DNA of 46,806 nucleotides from a virus (IMGVR_UViG_3300032287_002815:1-46806), one strand, 5' to 3'. Positions 7,671 through 17,224 are shown, numbered from the stretch's first letter. Made by a program: numbers and translations. The notes: generated by a model from the letters alone, not told the origin.

Positions 7671-9056
7671 ATGATGGAACTTCGACCTTACCAAGAACGT
7701 CTGGCAAACGATATCCGATGCGCCTTCGTGTCTGGGGCAAAACGGCCACTTGTAGTCAGCCCTACTGGATCCGGAAAGACAGTCCTCTTCAGCTACATCA
7801 CATCTCGGATCCTTCAGCGAGGCTCTCGGGTTGTTATCGTCGCCCACCGCCGCGAGATCCTCGATCAAATCAGTGCAACCCTGTCCAGAGTCTCGGTCCC
7901 GCACGGATTCATTCAAGCCGACAAACCCATGTCTAAGCAGCCCGCTATGGTTGCATCGATTCAAACTCTTCGTCGACGCCTGGATCAGATTGAGCAACCC
8001 GACCTGGTCATCATCGACGAGGCGCATCACTCAATCTCCAAGTCCTACGTGAATATGTTTGCTCACTGGCCTGATGCTTTGTTCATCGGCGTTACAGCGA
8101 CCCCTGAGCGCCTGGATGGCAGGGGCTTGGGCATCATGTTCGATCGCATGGTCATAGGGCCGACGGTTCAATGGCTCATTGACAATGGATTCCTCGCTCG
8201 ACCGGTCTACTACGCGCCCCGGGATGCCGTGGACCTCTCAGGTATCTCCAAGGTGGCCGGCGATTACAATCTCGGTGAGGCGGCCGAGGTAATCGACACT
8301 CCAAAAATAACCGGCGACGTGGTAACGCACTACCGGCGCTTTTGCCCAAATCAGCGAGCGGTGGCCTTCTGCATCTCCGTCGCTCACGCGCAGCACGTTG
8401 CGGCACAGTTTGAGGCTGCCGGCATACCGGCTGCATCGATTGACGGCCAGCTGGATGAGGAAACTCGCAAGAAGCGCGTGGAAGACCTGACGGCCGGCCG
8501 GATTCTGGTTCTGACCAGCTGCGAGTTGATCTCCGAGGGGTTCGATCTTCCCACGGTCAACGCGGCGATTCTTCTTCGCCCGACTATGTCGCTTTCGATG
8601 CACTTGCAGCAGCTGGGTCGCGCTCTCAGACCTTACCCCGGCAAGACCCGCGCCGTCATCCTCGATCACGTAGGGAACTGCCTACGTCACGGCCTGGCCG
8701 AGCAGGACCGCAAGTGGGACCTCAAAGGCCGCGTCAAACGAAACAAAAATTCCAAGCCCGTCGAAACCAAGCAGTGCTCGAAGTGCTTCGCGATCTTCGC
8801 CGGCACCGCCTGCCCGCAGTGCGGATCCGCACGTGAGATCGCTCCTCGGGAGATCGAAGAGGTCGATGGCGAGCTTCAGCGGCTGTCCATTGAGGACATC
8901 GCAAAGAAACGAGATGAACGCCGCGAGGAAGGAATGTGCAAAACCTTGGACGATTTTCGTTCCCTCGCAGCGAAACGTGGCTACAAACCGGGATGGGCAT
9001 ACTTCCGCTGGAAAGCTCGCTCGCGGAAGACCAGTCTCATCACCTCCATCCTGTAA
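7671..9056 (+). CDS. SF2 DEAD/DEAH-box helicase with C-terminal Zn ribbon
   Basis: ELRPYQ, SPTGSGKT, DEAHH, TATP, EGFD, QQLGRALR motifs; CSKC...CPQC. Confidence 0.93.
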   Translation: MMELRPYQERLANDIRCAFVSGAKRPLVVSPTGSGKTVLFSYITSRILQRGSRVVIVAHRREILDQISATLSRVSVPHGFIQADKPMSKQPAMVASIQTLRRRLDQIEQPDLVIIDEAHHSISKSYVNMFAHWPDALFIGVTATPERLDGRGLGIMFDRMVIGPTVQWLIDNGFLARPVYYAPRDAVDLSGISKVAGDYNLGEAAEVIDTPKITGDVVTHYRRFCPNQRAVAFCISVAHAQHVAAQFEAAGIPAASIDGQLDEETRKKRVEDLTAGRILVLTSCELISEGFDLPTVNAAILLRPTMSLSMHLQQLGRALRPYPGKTRAVILDHVGNCLRHGLAEQDRKWDLKGRVKRNKNSKPVETKQCSKCFAIFAGTACPQCGSAREIAPREIEEVDGELQRLSIEDIAKKRDERREEGMCKTLDDFRSLAAKRGYKPGWAYFRWKARSRKTSLITSIL

Positions 9057-9058
9057 CC

Positions 9059-9430
9059 ATGACCGAATCCGAACTCCAAGCCCTCATACTCAGGGCGGCC
9101 GGCTCCAAAACGCACGTCCGAGTCTTCCGTAACCAAGTGGGCGAGGGATACGTTGGCAAGGCTCTCCGAGATCCCGAAGGCGTCTTCCTGACCGATGCCC
9201 GCCACGTCCGCATGGGATTATTCCCGGGCTCTGGTGACCTGATCGGCTGGCGCACGGTTACAGTCACGTCCGACATGGTCGGAAAACCCATCGCCCAGTT
9301 TCTCTCCATTGAAGTCAAAACACCAACCGGTAAGGTCCGGCCCGATCAGCGCAACTGGGCCGATCAGATCAACGCCGCCGGCGGTCTCGCCATCATTGCA
9401 CGATCCGTTAGCGATACAGACAACCTATGA
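9059..9430 (+). CDS. VRR-NUC (PD-(D/E)xK) nuclease
   Basis: MTESELQ...FRNQVG...GSGDLIG...IEVKT...Q...GGLAIIARS pattern. Confidence 0.85.
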   Translation: MTESELQALILRAAGSKTHVRVFRNQVGEGYVGKALRDPEGVFLTDARHVRMGLFPGSGDLIGWRTVTVTSDMVGKPIAQFLSIEVKTPTGKVRPDQRNWADQINAAGGLAIIARSVSDTDNL

Positions 9431-9609
9431 GCGACACAGCGACTACAACCCAAGCCCTACTCCAAACAGCCCCCGAAAACCTCTCAGCGGAAGCCAAGTA
9501 CCGTTTCTACGAACGCCTCGGAATCCTGTGTGGCAACGCGGTAGCAACACCTGAACAACTCCGGATCGCGCAGCTGGAAGCGGTCGAGTACGATATGAAT
9601 CACGACTGA
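9427..9609 (+). CDS. Hypothetical protein, 60 aa
   Basis: ATGA-coupled to the VRR-NUC gene; YERLGI motif. Confidence 0.6.
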   Translation: MSDTATTTQALLQTAPENLSAEAKYRFYERLGILCGNAVATPEQLRIAQLEAVEYDMNHD

Positions 9610-9699
9610 AAGTGTCCCCTCTTTTGACTGCAAGTTAATGCACCCATTTCCGAGCAGTTGAAAGTGTCCCCTCTTTTCGCCCAAAGTGTCCCCTCTTTT
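9607..9699 (+). repeat. Three 17-bp direct repeats AAAGTGTCCCCTCTTTT (iteron-like)
   Basis: Exact copies at 9609-9625, 9661-9677 and 9683-9699 in an intergenic gap. Confidence 0.9.
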
Positions 9700-9703
9700 T
9701 CCT

Positions 9704-9952
9704 ATGACCCGTGATCAAATCGCAGACATCAATCCGGACCTCGTTGTCATGGACGGATTCGACGACTGCATCCTTGGGATCGGAACTCGATTCGGCAGTG
9801 AGCAATTCGTGATCTACGACTACGACAAAGTCATCACTCAGCTGGAATCCTACGGCATGACCTACGAAGAAGCCGTCGAATACCACGAATTCAACCAACT
9901 CGGCGCCTATGTGGGAGACCACACGCCAGCCTTTATGACAACCTCTCTCTAA
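9704..9952 (+). CDS. Conserved phage hypothetical protein (DGFDDCILG...EEAVEYHEFN..GAYVG..TP)
   Basis: Motif recalled as widespread in aquatic phages; ATG 9704. Confidence 0.75.
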   Translation: MTRDQIADINPDLVVMDGFDDCILGIGTRFGSEQFVIYDYDKVITQLESYGMTYEEAVEYHEFNQLGAYVGDHTPAFMTTSL

Positions 9953-9975
9953 CTCACCTCTCAGCAACTACAAGC

Positions 9976-12200
9976 ATGACCCTCACCGAACTCTCGGACG
10001 CACTCTCCGTCCGTGTCGCAGAACTCTGCGCTCAACTCCTCCCAGCCGGCCGTCAGGTCGGCCCCCAGTGGATCGTCGGCAACGTCTTCGGCGACCCGGG
10101 CGACTCCTGTTACGTCGAACTCCAAGGCCCAAAGCAGGGTCTGTGGTACGACCACGCCGCTGGTCAGGGCGGCGATCTCCTCGAACTCGTCGGCCAGCAT
10201 CACGTCTATTCCAAGGCCCAGGCCGCCCAGTGGTCCCGCGAATTCCTCGGTATCCGCGACGATTACCAGCCAGCACCCCGCACGTTTGACCCCCTCAAGC
10301 ACGGCCACCGTAACGACGCCTCCCAGCCGTACCGCTACGGCTCCGCAGCGTGGCCCTATCCCGACGCCGACGGCACGATCCGCGCCTACGTCGTCCGGTT
10401 CGACCTCCCCGACGGCTCCAAAGACGTCCGCCCACTCCGGTTCCTCCCGCCCGAAAACCAGCCTCCTGACCTCCTCAACCCCCGCCACTGCGCTGGAAGG
10501 GCTGGACCGCCCCCGAAGACGTCCCCATTTTCAACCTCCACCTCCTCGCCCGGCGCCCGAACGACCCGGTCCTCATCGTAGAAGGCGAGAAAACCGCCGT
10601 CGCAGCATCCAAGCTCTTCCCGTCCCACGTCGTCATCACCTGGCAGGGCGGCTCCAAGCGTGTCGGCCGTGCTGCTATCGACCCGCTCCTGACACGCACT
10701 ACACCCATCATCCTGTGGCCCGACAACGACAAACCCGGCCGGGACGCCATGGTCTACCTGAAGGCCCGCCTGCCCGCCGCCAAGCTGGTCCACCTCCCTG
10801 ATTCCCTCCCCGACGGCTGGGACCTCGCCGATCCGATCCCACCTGACGTATCCATCCAGGGCCTCCTCGACGCAGCTGGCGATCCACCCCGGCCGGTTCC
10901 CGCTGCGCCGCAGCCCGCGTCACCTAATCCGCTCGACGACCTCCATTACGACCCCAATTCCGGCCAGTGGTGGACCCGTAACGCCTGGGGCGATTACGCC
11001 CAGATCAACGGCGAGCGCGTCCGCACCCTCTTCACTGAGTCCGGCGTCTCCCCCACCAAGGACCAAACCGGTGCATCCGACGTCGACCGCGAACTCCTGC
11101 GGCGCACCCGGGACACCGTCATCGAATACGCCGGTCCACTCGCTGGCCACCGCGCCGGCCTGTACGGCACGATCCTCGTAACCCGCTCTGTCGTCCCGCT
11201 CGCTGCCGTCCCCGGCGACTGCGCCCGTCTCCAGACCTACCTCCACAACCTCCTTGACCAGAACGACGACCAGTACTGGCGCCTCATCTACTGGCTCGCG
11301 CTCCGCCGGCAGTCCGTCCTGACAGGCACCTGGCGATCATCGCAGGCGCTCGCCCTCGTCGGCCCCGCCGCGTGCGGCAAGTCCTTCGTGCAGTCTGCCG
11401 TTATCACACGCCTCCTCGGCGGCCGCATAGCAAAGCCATACCGCTACATGTCTGGCGCCACCGACTTCAACGGCGACCTCTTCACCTCTGAACACCTCTG
11501 CATCGAGGACGAGGCACCTGGCCGCGACATCCATTCCCGACGCACTCTTGGGTCCAACATCAAATCCATGCTGTTCGCCCAGAACCAGTCCTGCCACCCC
11601 AAGAACCGCCAAGCCATCACCCTCAAACCCATCTGGGCCATGTCCATCTCCCTCAACGACGAGCCCGAGAACCTCCAGGTCCTCCCGCCCCTCGACCCGT
11701 CCCTCATGGACAAACTCATTATCCTCCGATGCGTCCGTCAGACACTCCCCTGGACCGGCGACGAAATCACCATCCTCAAGGACATCCTCGACACCGAACT
11801 CTCCCAGTTCGCCCACTACCTCGACGGCCTCACCGTCCCAGACCACCTCGTCGAACCCCGCTGCGGCCTCAAGGCCTACCAGCACCCGGCTATCCTCGAG
11901 GAACTCATGCAGCTGTCACCAGAGCACCAACTCATCGGCCTCATCGACACCGTGATCTTCGAGAACGAATTCCTCACCTGGAGAGGTACGGCCGCCGACC
12001 TCGAGACCTCCCTGCGCGATTCCAAGTACGCCCGGGAAGCCGACCGCCTTTTCCGCTTCAACACCGCCTGCGGAGTCTACCTGGCGCGACTGCATGAGCA
12101 GGAACCGGAGCGGTTCAAGAAGACCAAATCGAAAAACAAGATCCGCTGGGCGATCACTCCGCCTCAGACTCTTGGGCTTGACAGCCAGACCATAGGGTAG
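9976..12200 (+). CDS. Primase-helicase (N-terminal domain + TOPRIM + P-loop ATPase) split by a -1 frameshift near 10479-10491 (~741 aa joined)
   Basis: The first frame gives the primase N-terminus (WYDHAAGQGGDLLEL). The frame of ORF 10749 is open from 10470 and encodes LIVEGEKT, WQGG, WPDND (TOPRIM), GWDLAD, Walker A GPAACGKS and Walker B LCIEDE. Confidence 0.85.
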
Positions 12201-12212
12201 GATGGTCTCGCC
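12178..12212 (+). promoter_or_regulatory. Promoter with overlapping inverted repeat
   Basis: TTGACA-17-GATGGT then GTG 6 nt later; AGACCAT-N8-ATGGTCT (12187-12208). Confidence 0.5.
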
Positions 12213-12635
12213 GTGAGTAAATACTTCAAAACACAACTCCTCCGGCTTCGCCCGGGCCAAGTCATCCACCGCATCGCGAATACCCCTGAAATATGGGATC
12301 AGGTCGTTGCGCTTGCGAAACTCATGCCGCACCTAGAGGTCACCGGCAGTTACATCGCCATGAAACAAAACCTGACCGACGTGAAGCTCTGCGTCTCCAA
12401 CCGCGTTCGCGACATCGTCATTCCTCCTCCCGGACGGTACACGCTCCACGACATCTGGAATATTCAGACCGAACCACGTCCCACATTCGCTTCGTTCGCG
12501 TCATCCTTTGGTATGTACGCACGTTTTAACCCGCATCTGGTCACGAAGGCGAAATCGGGCGGATACACTACGTGGATTGTACCCCCTAACCCGCGTTTGC
12601 CTTCTGATTTGCAGGGGTCTCAGGAAGAAAAGTAG
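12213..12635 (+). CDS. Hypothetical protein, 140 aa
   Basis: GTG start directly after a promoter; no recognisable family. Confidence 0.55.
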   Translation: MSKYFKTQLLRLRPGQVIHRIANTPEIWDQVVALAKLMPHLEVTGSYIAMKQNLTDVKLCVSNRVRDIVIPPPGRYTLHDIWNIQTEPRPTFASFASSFGMYARFNPHLVTKAKSGGYTTWIVPPNPRLPSDLQGSQEEK

Positions 12636-13213
12636 CACCCTGGTTAAGCGTGTTTCAAAAAACGCTAGACTCCTTACCCCCGTTTATCCCCTCATTCTCA
12701 GCATGTTTCAATCGAAAGGTAGGAACCGAGGTCGAGGGTGAGGGGGTACCCTCAGGTTCTTGGATCCGGCGGCTGGAGATTGGCGACAGACCGAGATCCG
12801 AATTCTAAGCTGCGGATTGAGCGGAACCATTAACTTCTGTGTTACCCCCTAACTCTCCACCCCCCATCCTACTTTCAATCCTAGAAGCACTAAGAGTGAG
12901 GGATAAAACGGGGTTAAGGGATACACGAATACCCCCATTAGACCCCCCTATGGCAGCTAACCTACCATCCTACCCTGTAAAGCGCTCTATGTCGGTTTGG
13001 AAAGTGTCCTAGGTATTGGGGAGGGGGTACCACGTTGAACGGTCGCCGAGTCTGGCCCCCCACCCCCGGCACCCCCCGGGGACGGTCCCGGCCCAAAGGA
13101 ATCCCTTAAACGTGCCCGCGCCCGCGCCCGCCCTCAAGGCACCGTGCTAGCATGGAAGCCCGAGGCGCTAGGCGGTGCTAGCACCAAGGACGGCGGAGGG
13201 GGATGGGATCGGG
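12636..13213. other. Largest non-coding region; candidate origin or packaging terminus
   Basis: No credible ORF; G/C tracts; ~30-bp imperfect inverted repeat (12671-12700 / 12891-12920); GAGGGGGTACC twice; GC skew flips here. Confidence 0.5.
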
Positions 13214-13567
13214 TCAACCGAGATCCGGAGGGATCGGGCCGGCGGGGCTTACGTCGAGGATCGGGGCGGAGGCTTTCCCTTTTCCAGCGGCGGCGGGACG
13301 TCGTGGCATGCCGAGCATATCGGCCAGCTGGTCGCGGAGTTTGCAGGCGGCACCAACGAGGCAGGCGCGATCGGATGGGCTCAATCCCGGGGCGCTGGCT
13401 TCGGCGTGGACGGTTTCCAATTCCCGGCGGGCGCTCAGCACCATACGGCCGGGCAGAGTGAGCCTCGCGACCGACAGGACCGCTTCATTGCGTTTCATCC
13501 TCCGGTGCAGGCTCTGGGGGCTTGCGTTGGGAGCCACCGATTCAAGCTCAGGCATGCCCTCAGACAT
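13214..13567 (-). CDS. Hypothetical helical protein, possible small terminase subunit
   Basis: Lone minus-strand ORF next to the non-coding region; no other TerS candidate near TerL. Function is inference only. Confidence 0.4.
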   Translation of the reverse strand: MSEGMPELESVAPNASPQSLHRRMKRNEAVLSVARLTLPGRMVLSARRELETVHAEASAPGLSPSDRACLVGAACKLRDQLADMLGMPRRPAAAGKGKASAPILDVSPAGPIPPDLG

Positions 13568-13632
13568 ACAATGTCCGACGCCATTTTCAACCAATGTTTA
13601 CCGAGGAATTCCGCAAAATCTGCAAACCAGAC

Positions 13633-13662
13633 TTGACGACATAAAGCGTTCTATGCAAACCT
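13633..13662 (+). promoter_or_regulatory. Putative early-operon promoter
   Basis: TTGACG at 13633 with a weak -10; shares CCTACGGC with the helicase promoter; imperfect palindrome CATAAAGCGTTCTATG in the spacer. Confidence 0.4.
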
Positions 13663-13675
13663 ACGGCCCTACGGT

Positions 13676-13789
13676 ATGAAAAACGAAACGAAACGCACTC
13701 TCCGCAACGCAGCGCTGGCCCTTCTCGGGCTGGCTGTTCTGGCCCTTCTGGGCTGGCTCGAAACTCAAGCCGGACTCCCTAACCACTAA
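13676..13789 (+). CDS. Small membrane peptide, 37 aa (MKNETKRTLRNAALALLGLAVLALLGWLETQAGLPNH), not in ORF track
   Basis: Manually translated; basic N-terminus plus one TM helix; first gene after the promoter. Confidence 0.6.
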   Translation: MKNETKRTLRNAALALLGLAVLALLGWLETQAGLPNH

Positions 13790-13800
13790 CCAACCCAACC

Positions 13801-14874
13801 ATGGAATACCACGATATCGACACTGCGACGGTGCAAGCCCTCCGCGATGAATGCCGCAAACTGAAACTCGGGACCGGGATGCAAATCGCCGGCGCTTCCA
13901 AGGCAACGCTCCAGACGGCGCTTCGGTCCAATGCATGGCCGGCCCCGGCTCCCGCTCAGGATCCAGCGGCGGCCCTGACGGCCGCACTGGCCGCACTGAT
14001 GCCGGCTCCCGGGATCGACGAAGACGCCGTGCGGCGTATCGTGCGGGAAGAGATCCCGGCCCCACCGACGATCCGGATTGAGATCCCGGGCCGGCCCGAG
14101 GTTGAAATCGGCCGGCAGCACGAGCGGTTCCCGCTGCTGCTGCAGGTGCTAGCGTGCGGTCTCAACGTGCTCCTCGTGGGCCCGGCCGGCACCGGGAAAA
14201 CGACGGCGGCGAGGAAGGCGGCCGAGGCTCTCGGGCTTGGGTTTTCCTGCCTGTCGGTGGGTCCCCAGACGTCGAAGTCCGATCTCCTCGGATTTGTGGA
14301 TGCCGGGGGCACGTACCGGGAGTCCTTGTTCGTCCAAGCCTATCGGGACGGGGGCGTGTTCTTGTTGGACGAGATCGACGCCGGGAACGCCGGCGTGTTG
14401 ACCGTGTTAAATGCGGCGCTGGCCGGCGACGTTATGGCCACGCCGATTGGGATGGTTGCCCGGTCCCCCCGGTTTTTGACGGTGGCCGGCGCGAACACGT
14501 ACGGGCAGGGAGCTTCCCGCCAGTACGTGGGAAGGAATCAGCTGGATGCGGCAACGCTGGATCGTTTCGCCGTTTTGGACTGGCCGGTGGACGAGGGACT
14601 GGAATCCGCGATGGTTGGGCTCCCGGCGCCGGCGCCGGTGCTGGACCTCGGCCGGGGCGGTTTGCTGGATGCGGCCGGGTGGCTCGCCCGGGTGCGTGCT
14701 GTGCGTGCTAGCGTTGAGAAACAACAGGTGCGAGCCGTCGTGAGCCCTCGGGCGACTCAGGCCGGCGTGGCGCTGCTAGCGGCCGGCGTGGGCCGGTATT
14801 GGACCGAGGAGATGGTTCTCTGGCGGGGGATGCCGGCCGAAGCCCGGACCCGGGTGGAAGGGGGCGCGAAGTGA
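13801..14874 (+). CDS. MoxR/CbbQ/CobS-like AAA+ ATPase
   Basis: Walker A GPAGTGKT, Walker B FLLDEID, sensor GANTYG, YVGRNQLDAATLDRF. Confidence 0.92.
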   Translation: MEYHDIDTATVQALRDECRKLKLGTGMQIAGASKATLQTALRSNAWPAPAPAQDPAAALTAALAALMPAPGIDEDAVRRIVREEIPAPPTIRIEIPGRPEVEIGRQHERFPLLLQVLACGLNVLLVGPAGTGKTTAARKAAEALGLGFSCLSVGPQTSKSDLLGFVDAGGTYRESLFVQAYRDGGVFLLDEIDAGNAGVLTVLNAALAGDVMATPIGMVARSPRFLTVAGANTYGQGASRQYVGRNQLDAATLDRFAVLDWPVDEGLESAMVGLPAPAPVLDLGRGGLLDAAGWLARVRAVRASVEKQQVRAVVSPRATQAGVALLAAGVGRYWTEEMVLWRGMPAEARTRVEGGAK

Positions 14875-15656
14875 GCCGCACGACGATCGAATGCGATGGG
14901 CTCGCGGCGTTCCTGAGCCCGGGACCGAGGCAGGCGCTGCCCGAACGCGATAGCAGCGAATCCGGCACGCTGGAATTCACCGGGACCAGATCCTACGGGG
15001 AAGCCGTCCGGATTATGCGCGAGGGGTGGCCAGAAGCTGCCGAACAGGCCCGGGCGCTGAGTGCTCAGCTGAACAGCGAGACGGCCGACAGCATGACGTG
15101 CGAGCGGCCGTCCCCCGTTTGGGACGTGGCCGGCGACGATGCCGACGTGGCGCGATATCTGGAAGGCGAGCCCGAGAATATGGTGGCTTGGATGCCTGAT
15201 CCGGTGCCGGCGGCGGGGCGGGTTGTGCGTCTGCTGTTGGGTGGCCGGGTGGCGTTTCACGTCACGGCCGAGATGATGCGCACGGCGGCCGTGATGCTGG
15301 CGGCAGCGGCCGATGCGCTGGAAGCCCGGGGCGTGCGGGTTGAAATCGTGGTCGCCTATGCCGTGTCGTGGGGAACAACCATGCTGGAAATCCGGCACCG
15401 CCTGAAAGCGGCCGAGGAGCCGCTGGACCTGCCCCGGGTTGTGGCCGGGATGCATCCGAGTGCGTTCCGCCGGGTGGCGTTCCGGTGGATGGAAACCGTG
15501 GCGGACCTGCCGGCCGGGTATGGTTGCGGCGGGACCATCACGACGGCCGAGGGGGACGTGGTCTTGAACATCGAAAAGCTCTCCGCGATCAAGCCCGAGG
15601 GCCGGGTGGCGTGGTTGAGGCAGCAAGCCGAGGCGGTGCTCGGGATCCCGGCCTGA
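14871..15656 (+). CDS. AAA-partner protein with a degenerate VWA-like domain
   Basis: GTGA-coupled to the ATPase; FTGTRSYGEA...GW, DVARYLEGEPENM, ADALEARGVRVEI, HPSAFRR motifs. Confidence 0.7.
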   Translation: MSRTTIECDGLAAFLSPGPRQALPERDSSESGTLEFTGTRSYGEAVRIMREGWPEAAEQARALSAQLNSETADSMTCERPSPVWDVAGDDADVARYLEGEPENMVAWMPDPVPAAGRVVRLLLGGRVAFHVTAEMMRTAAVMLAAAADALEARGVRVEIVVAYAVSWGTTMLEIRHRLKAAEEPLDLPRVVAGMHPSAFRRVAFRWMETVADLPAGYGCGGTITTAEGDVVLNIEKLSAIKPEGRVAWLRQQAEAVLGIPA

Positions 15657-15752
15657 GTAGAGCACGGCCGGCCCTTCGGGGCCTGCCCTCTCTGCCCAGA
15701 CGGGTTGACGGACGCCGGGCCGATCCCGGCGGGAAACACGACAGGAAAAACT

Positions 15753-16388
15753 ATGAAGACGACAGAACAGGACCCCCGCACGGTGCTAGCTAAGAGCCTC
15801 CGGATTGATCCAGCGGCGCGAACGATCACGCCGGCGGTGGACAGCTGGAATTCGGCGCTGGAATGGATCGGGGCGGACTTGCTCGAACGGGTGGGGTGCG
15901 GGGCCGGCGTTGACTGCTGGATTGACGAGGAAGGGATGCTCCGCGACGGGGCCGATCACTGGATTCTCGGGGGCGAGCAGCTGCTGGCCGGCCGGGCCGT
16001 CGTGGTGGGCGGCGTTGGTGGGGAGTGGACGGATTTACCGATCCCGACCGGAGTCGTTGCAGCGGCGGTGGGTTGGATCCCGAACGCGTTCAGGGCGCAG
16101 GCGCAGGAGATCGCGGACGGGATGCGGCCGGTGGCCGTGGCGTGGAACGCCGATGGGATGGCGCAGCTGGAGAAAATGAACCGCGAGCACGCCGGCCGGG
16201 TGGAATTGCTGGCCGTGGCGTCCGTGCAGGGAATGGAAATGCTAGCACTCGGGGACTGCGTGACCGGTCCGGACGGGATAACCGGGTTTGTCCAGGCGAT
16301 CAACGGGGACCGGGTGACGGTGCTGACGTTGGACGGGACGCCGGTATTTGACCGGACGGAGTTGGTGAAGGTTGAGGAAATCGACTGA
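15753..16388 (+). CDS. Early hypothetical protein (DUF3846-like, WIDEEG motif), 211 aa
   Basis: ATG 15753 after AGGAAAAACT; DCWIDEEGML...LAGRAVVVG. Confidence 0.65.
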   Translation: MKTTEQDPRTVLAKSLRIDPAARTITPAVDSWNSALEWIGADLLERVGCGAGVDCWIDEEGMLRDGADHWILGGEQLLAGRAVVVGGVGGEWTDLPIPTGVVAAAVGWIPNAFRAQAQEIADGMRPVAVAWNADGMAQLEKMNREHAGRVELLAVASVQGMEMLALGDCVTGPDGITGFVQAINGDRVTVLTLDGTPVFDRTELVKVEEID

Positions 16389-16452
16389 CCCGGCGGGGCC
16401 CTGAGTGACAGGCGGGGCCCCTGCGGATCGGTTGATCCAGAGACAACAAACT

Positions 16453-16731
16453 ATGAAAACACATAACAGCCCCGGCCCGTGGCATACCCAAGGATGCACG
16501 ATCTACGCCGGAAAGAACCGGGTCGCTCAAACATGGGACACGTGGTACGACGGCCTGCCGACGCCCACGATGGAAGCCGATGCGGGTTTGATCGCAGCTG
16601 CGCCGGAGATGCTAGCGGCTCTCCAAGCGGCCCTAGTCGCCGTCCGATACCTCGATGATCACGAAGGCGCTGAGGAGCTTATGAAGCAGGTGTGCGAGGC
16701 GATTATTAAGGCCAAGGGGGGTGTGAAGTGA
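16453..16731 (+). CDS. Phage hypothetical protein (PGPW...LIAAAPEML family), 92 aa
   Basis: Characteristic widespread phage motif; ATG 16453. Confidence 0.8.
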   Translation: MKTHNSPGPWHTQGCTIYAGKNRVAQTWDTWYDGLPTPTMEADAGLIAAAPEMLAALQAALVAVRYLDDHEGAEELMKQVCEAIIKAKGGVK

Positions 16732-16946
16732 AGTTCTACAGTACGCCGCAGCCGTTTGGTGAAACACCGAAACGCCGTGAGCCGATGACATATCCCAATC
16801 TTCAAGGGATGGCGTTACTTATCCGGTTGGAAAACGACTATACGGCATACCGCGAAAGCTGCGATCTCGGGTATTGCAAGGACGACCCTGAGGTTCACGC
16901 CAAGTTCGTTGCCGCCATCTCCAAGGCCGAGGGAGGTGCCCGATGA
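16728..16946 (+). CDS. Hypothetical protein, 72 aa
   Basis: GTGA/ATGA coupling at both ends. Confidence 0.65.
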   Translation: MKFYSTPQPFGETPKRREPMTYPNLQGMALLIRLENDYTAYRESCDLGYCKDDPEVHAKFVAAISKAEGGAR

Positions 16947-17224
16947 CCTCCACCCACGCCTTCCACGTCGCATTCGCAGCGGCTCAGCTATCCGCACGCA
17001 TCGAGTCCGGACAGATTGCAATCTCCGAGAAGATCGCAGCCGCCGCTGTCGGCATGGCTGACGCCGAGGCTGAAGGAATCGACTGGGGACAGGTGAATTT
17101 CGACGATGTGTGCGACCGAGTCGCAGAAATGATCCGAGGTCACCTTGTCCACTCAGACGCCGATCTGGAAGACCTGCGCCGGGATGCGGCCCAGATTGTC
17201 AGGAAGGAGGCTCGCCGTGCGTGA
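16943..17224 (+). CDS. Hypothetical protein, 93 aa
   Basis: ATGA coupling with a GGAGG upstream. Confidence 0.65.
   Translation: MTSTHAFHVAFAAAQLSARIESGQIAISEKIAAAAVGMADAEAEGIDWGQVNFDDVCDRVAEMIRGHLVHSDADLEDLRRDAAQIVRKEARRA

Noticed and set aside
8535-8560. GGTTCGATC, resembling a tRNA T-loop
   Set aside because: It lies inside the helicase EGFD motif with no cloverleaf; no tRNA was recognised anywhere.
9607-9699. Mini CRISPR array
   Set aside because: Repeats are only 17-19 bp, the gaps are 35 and 5 bp, and there are no cas genes.
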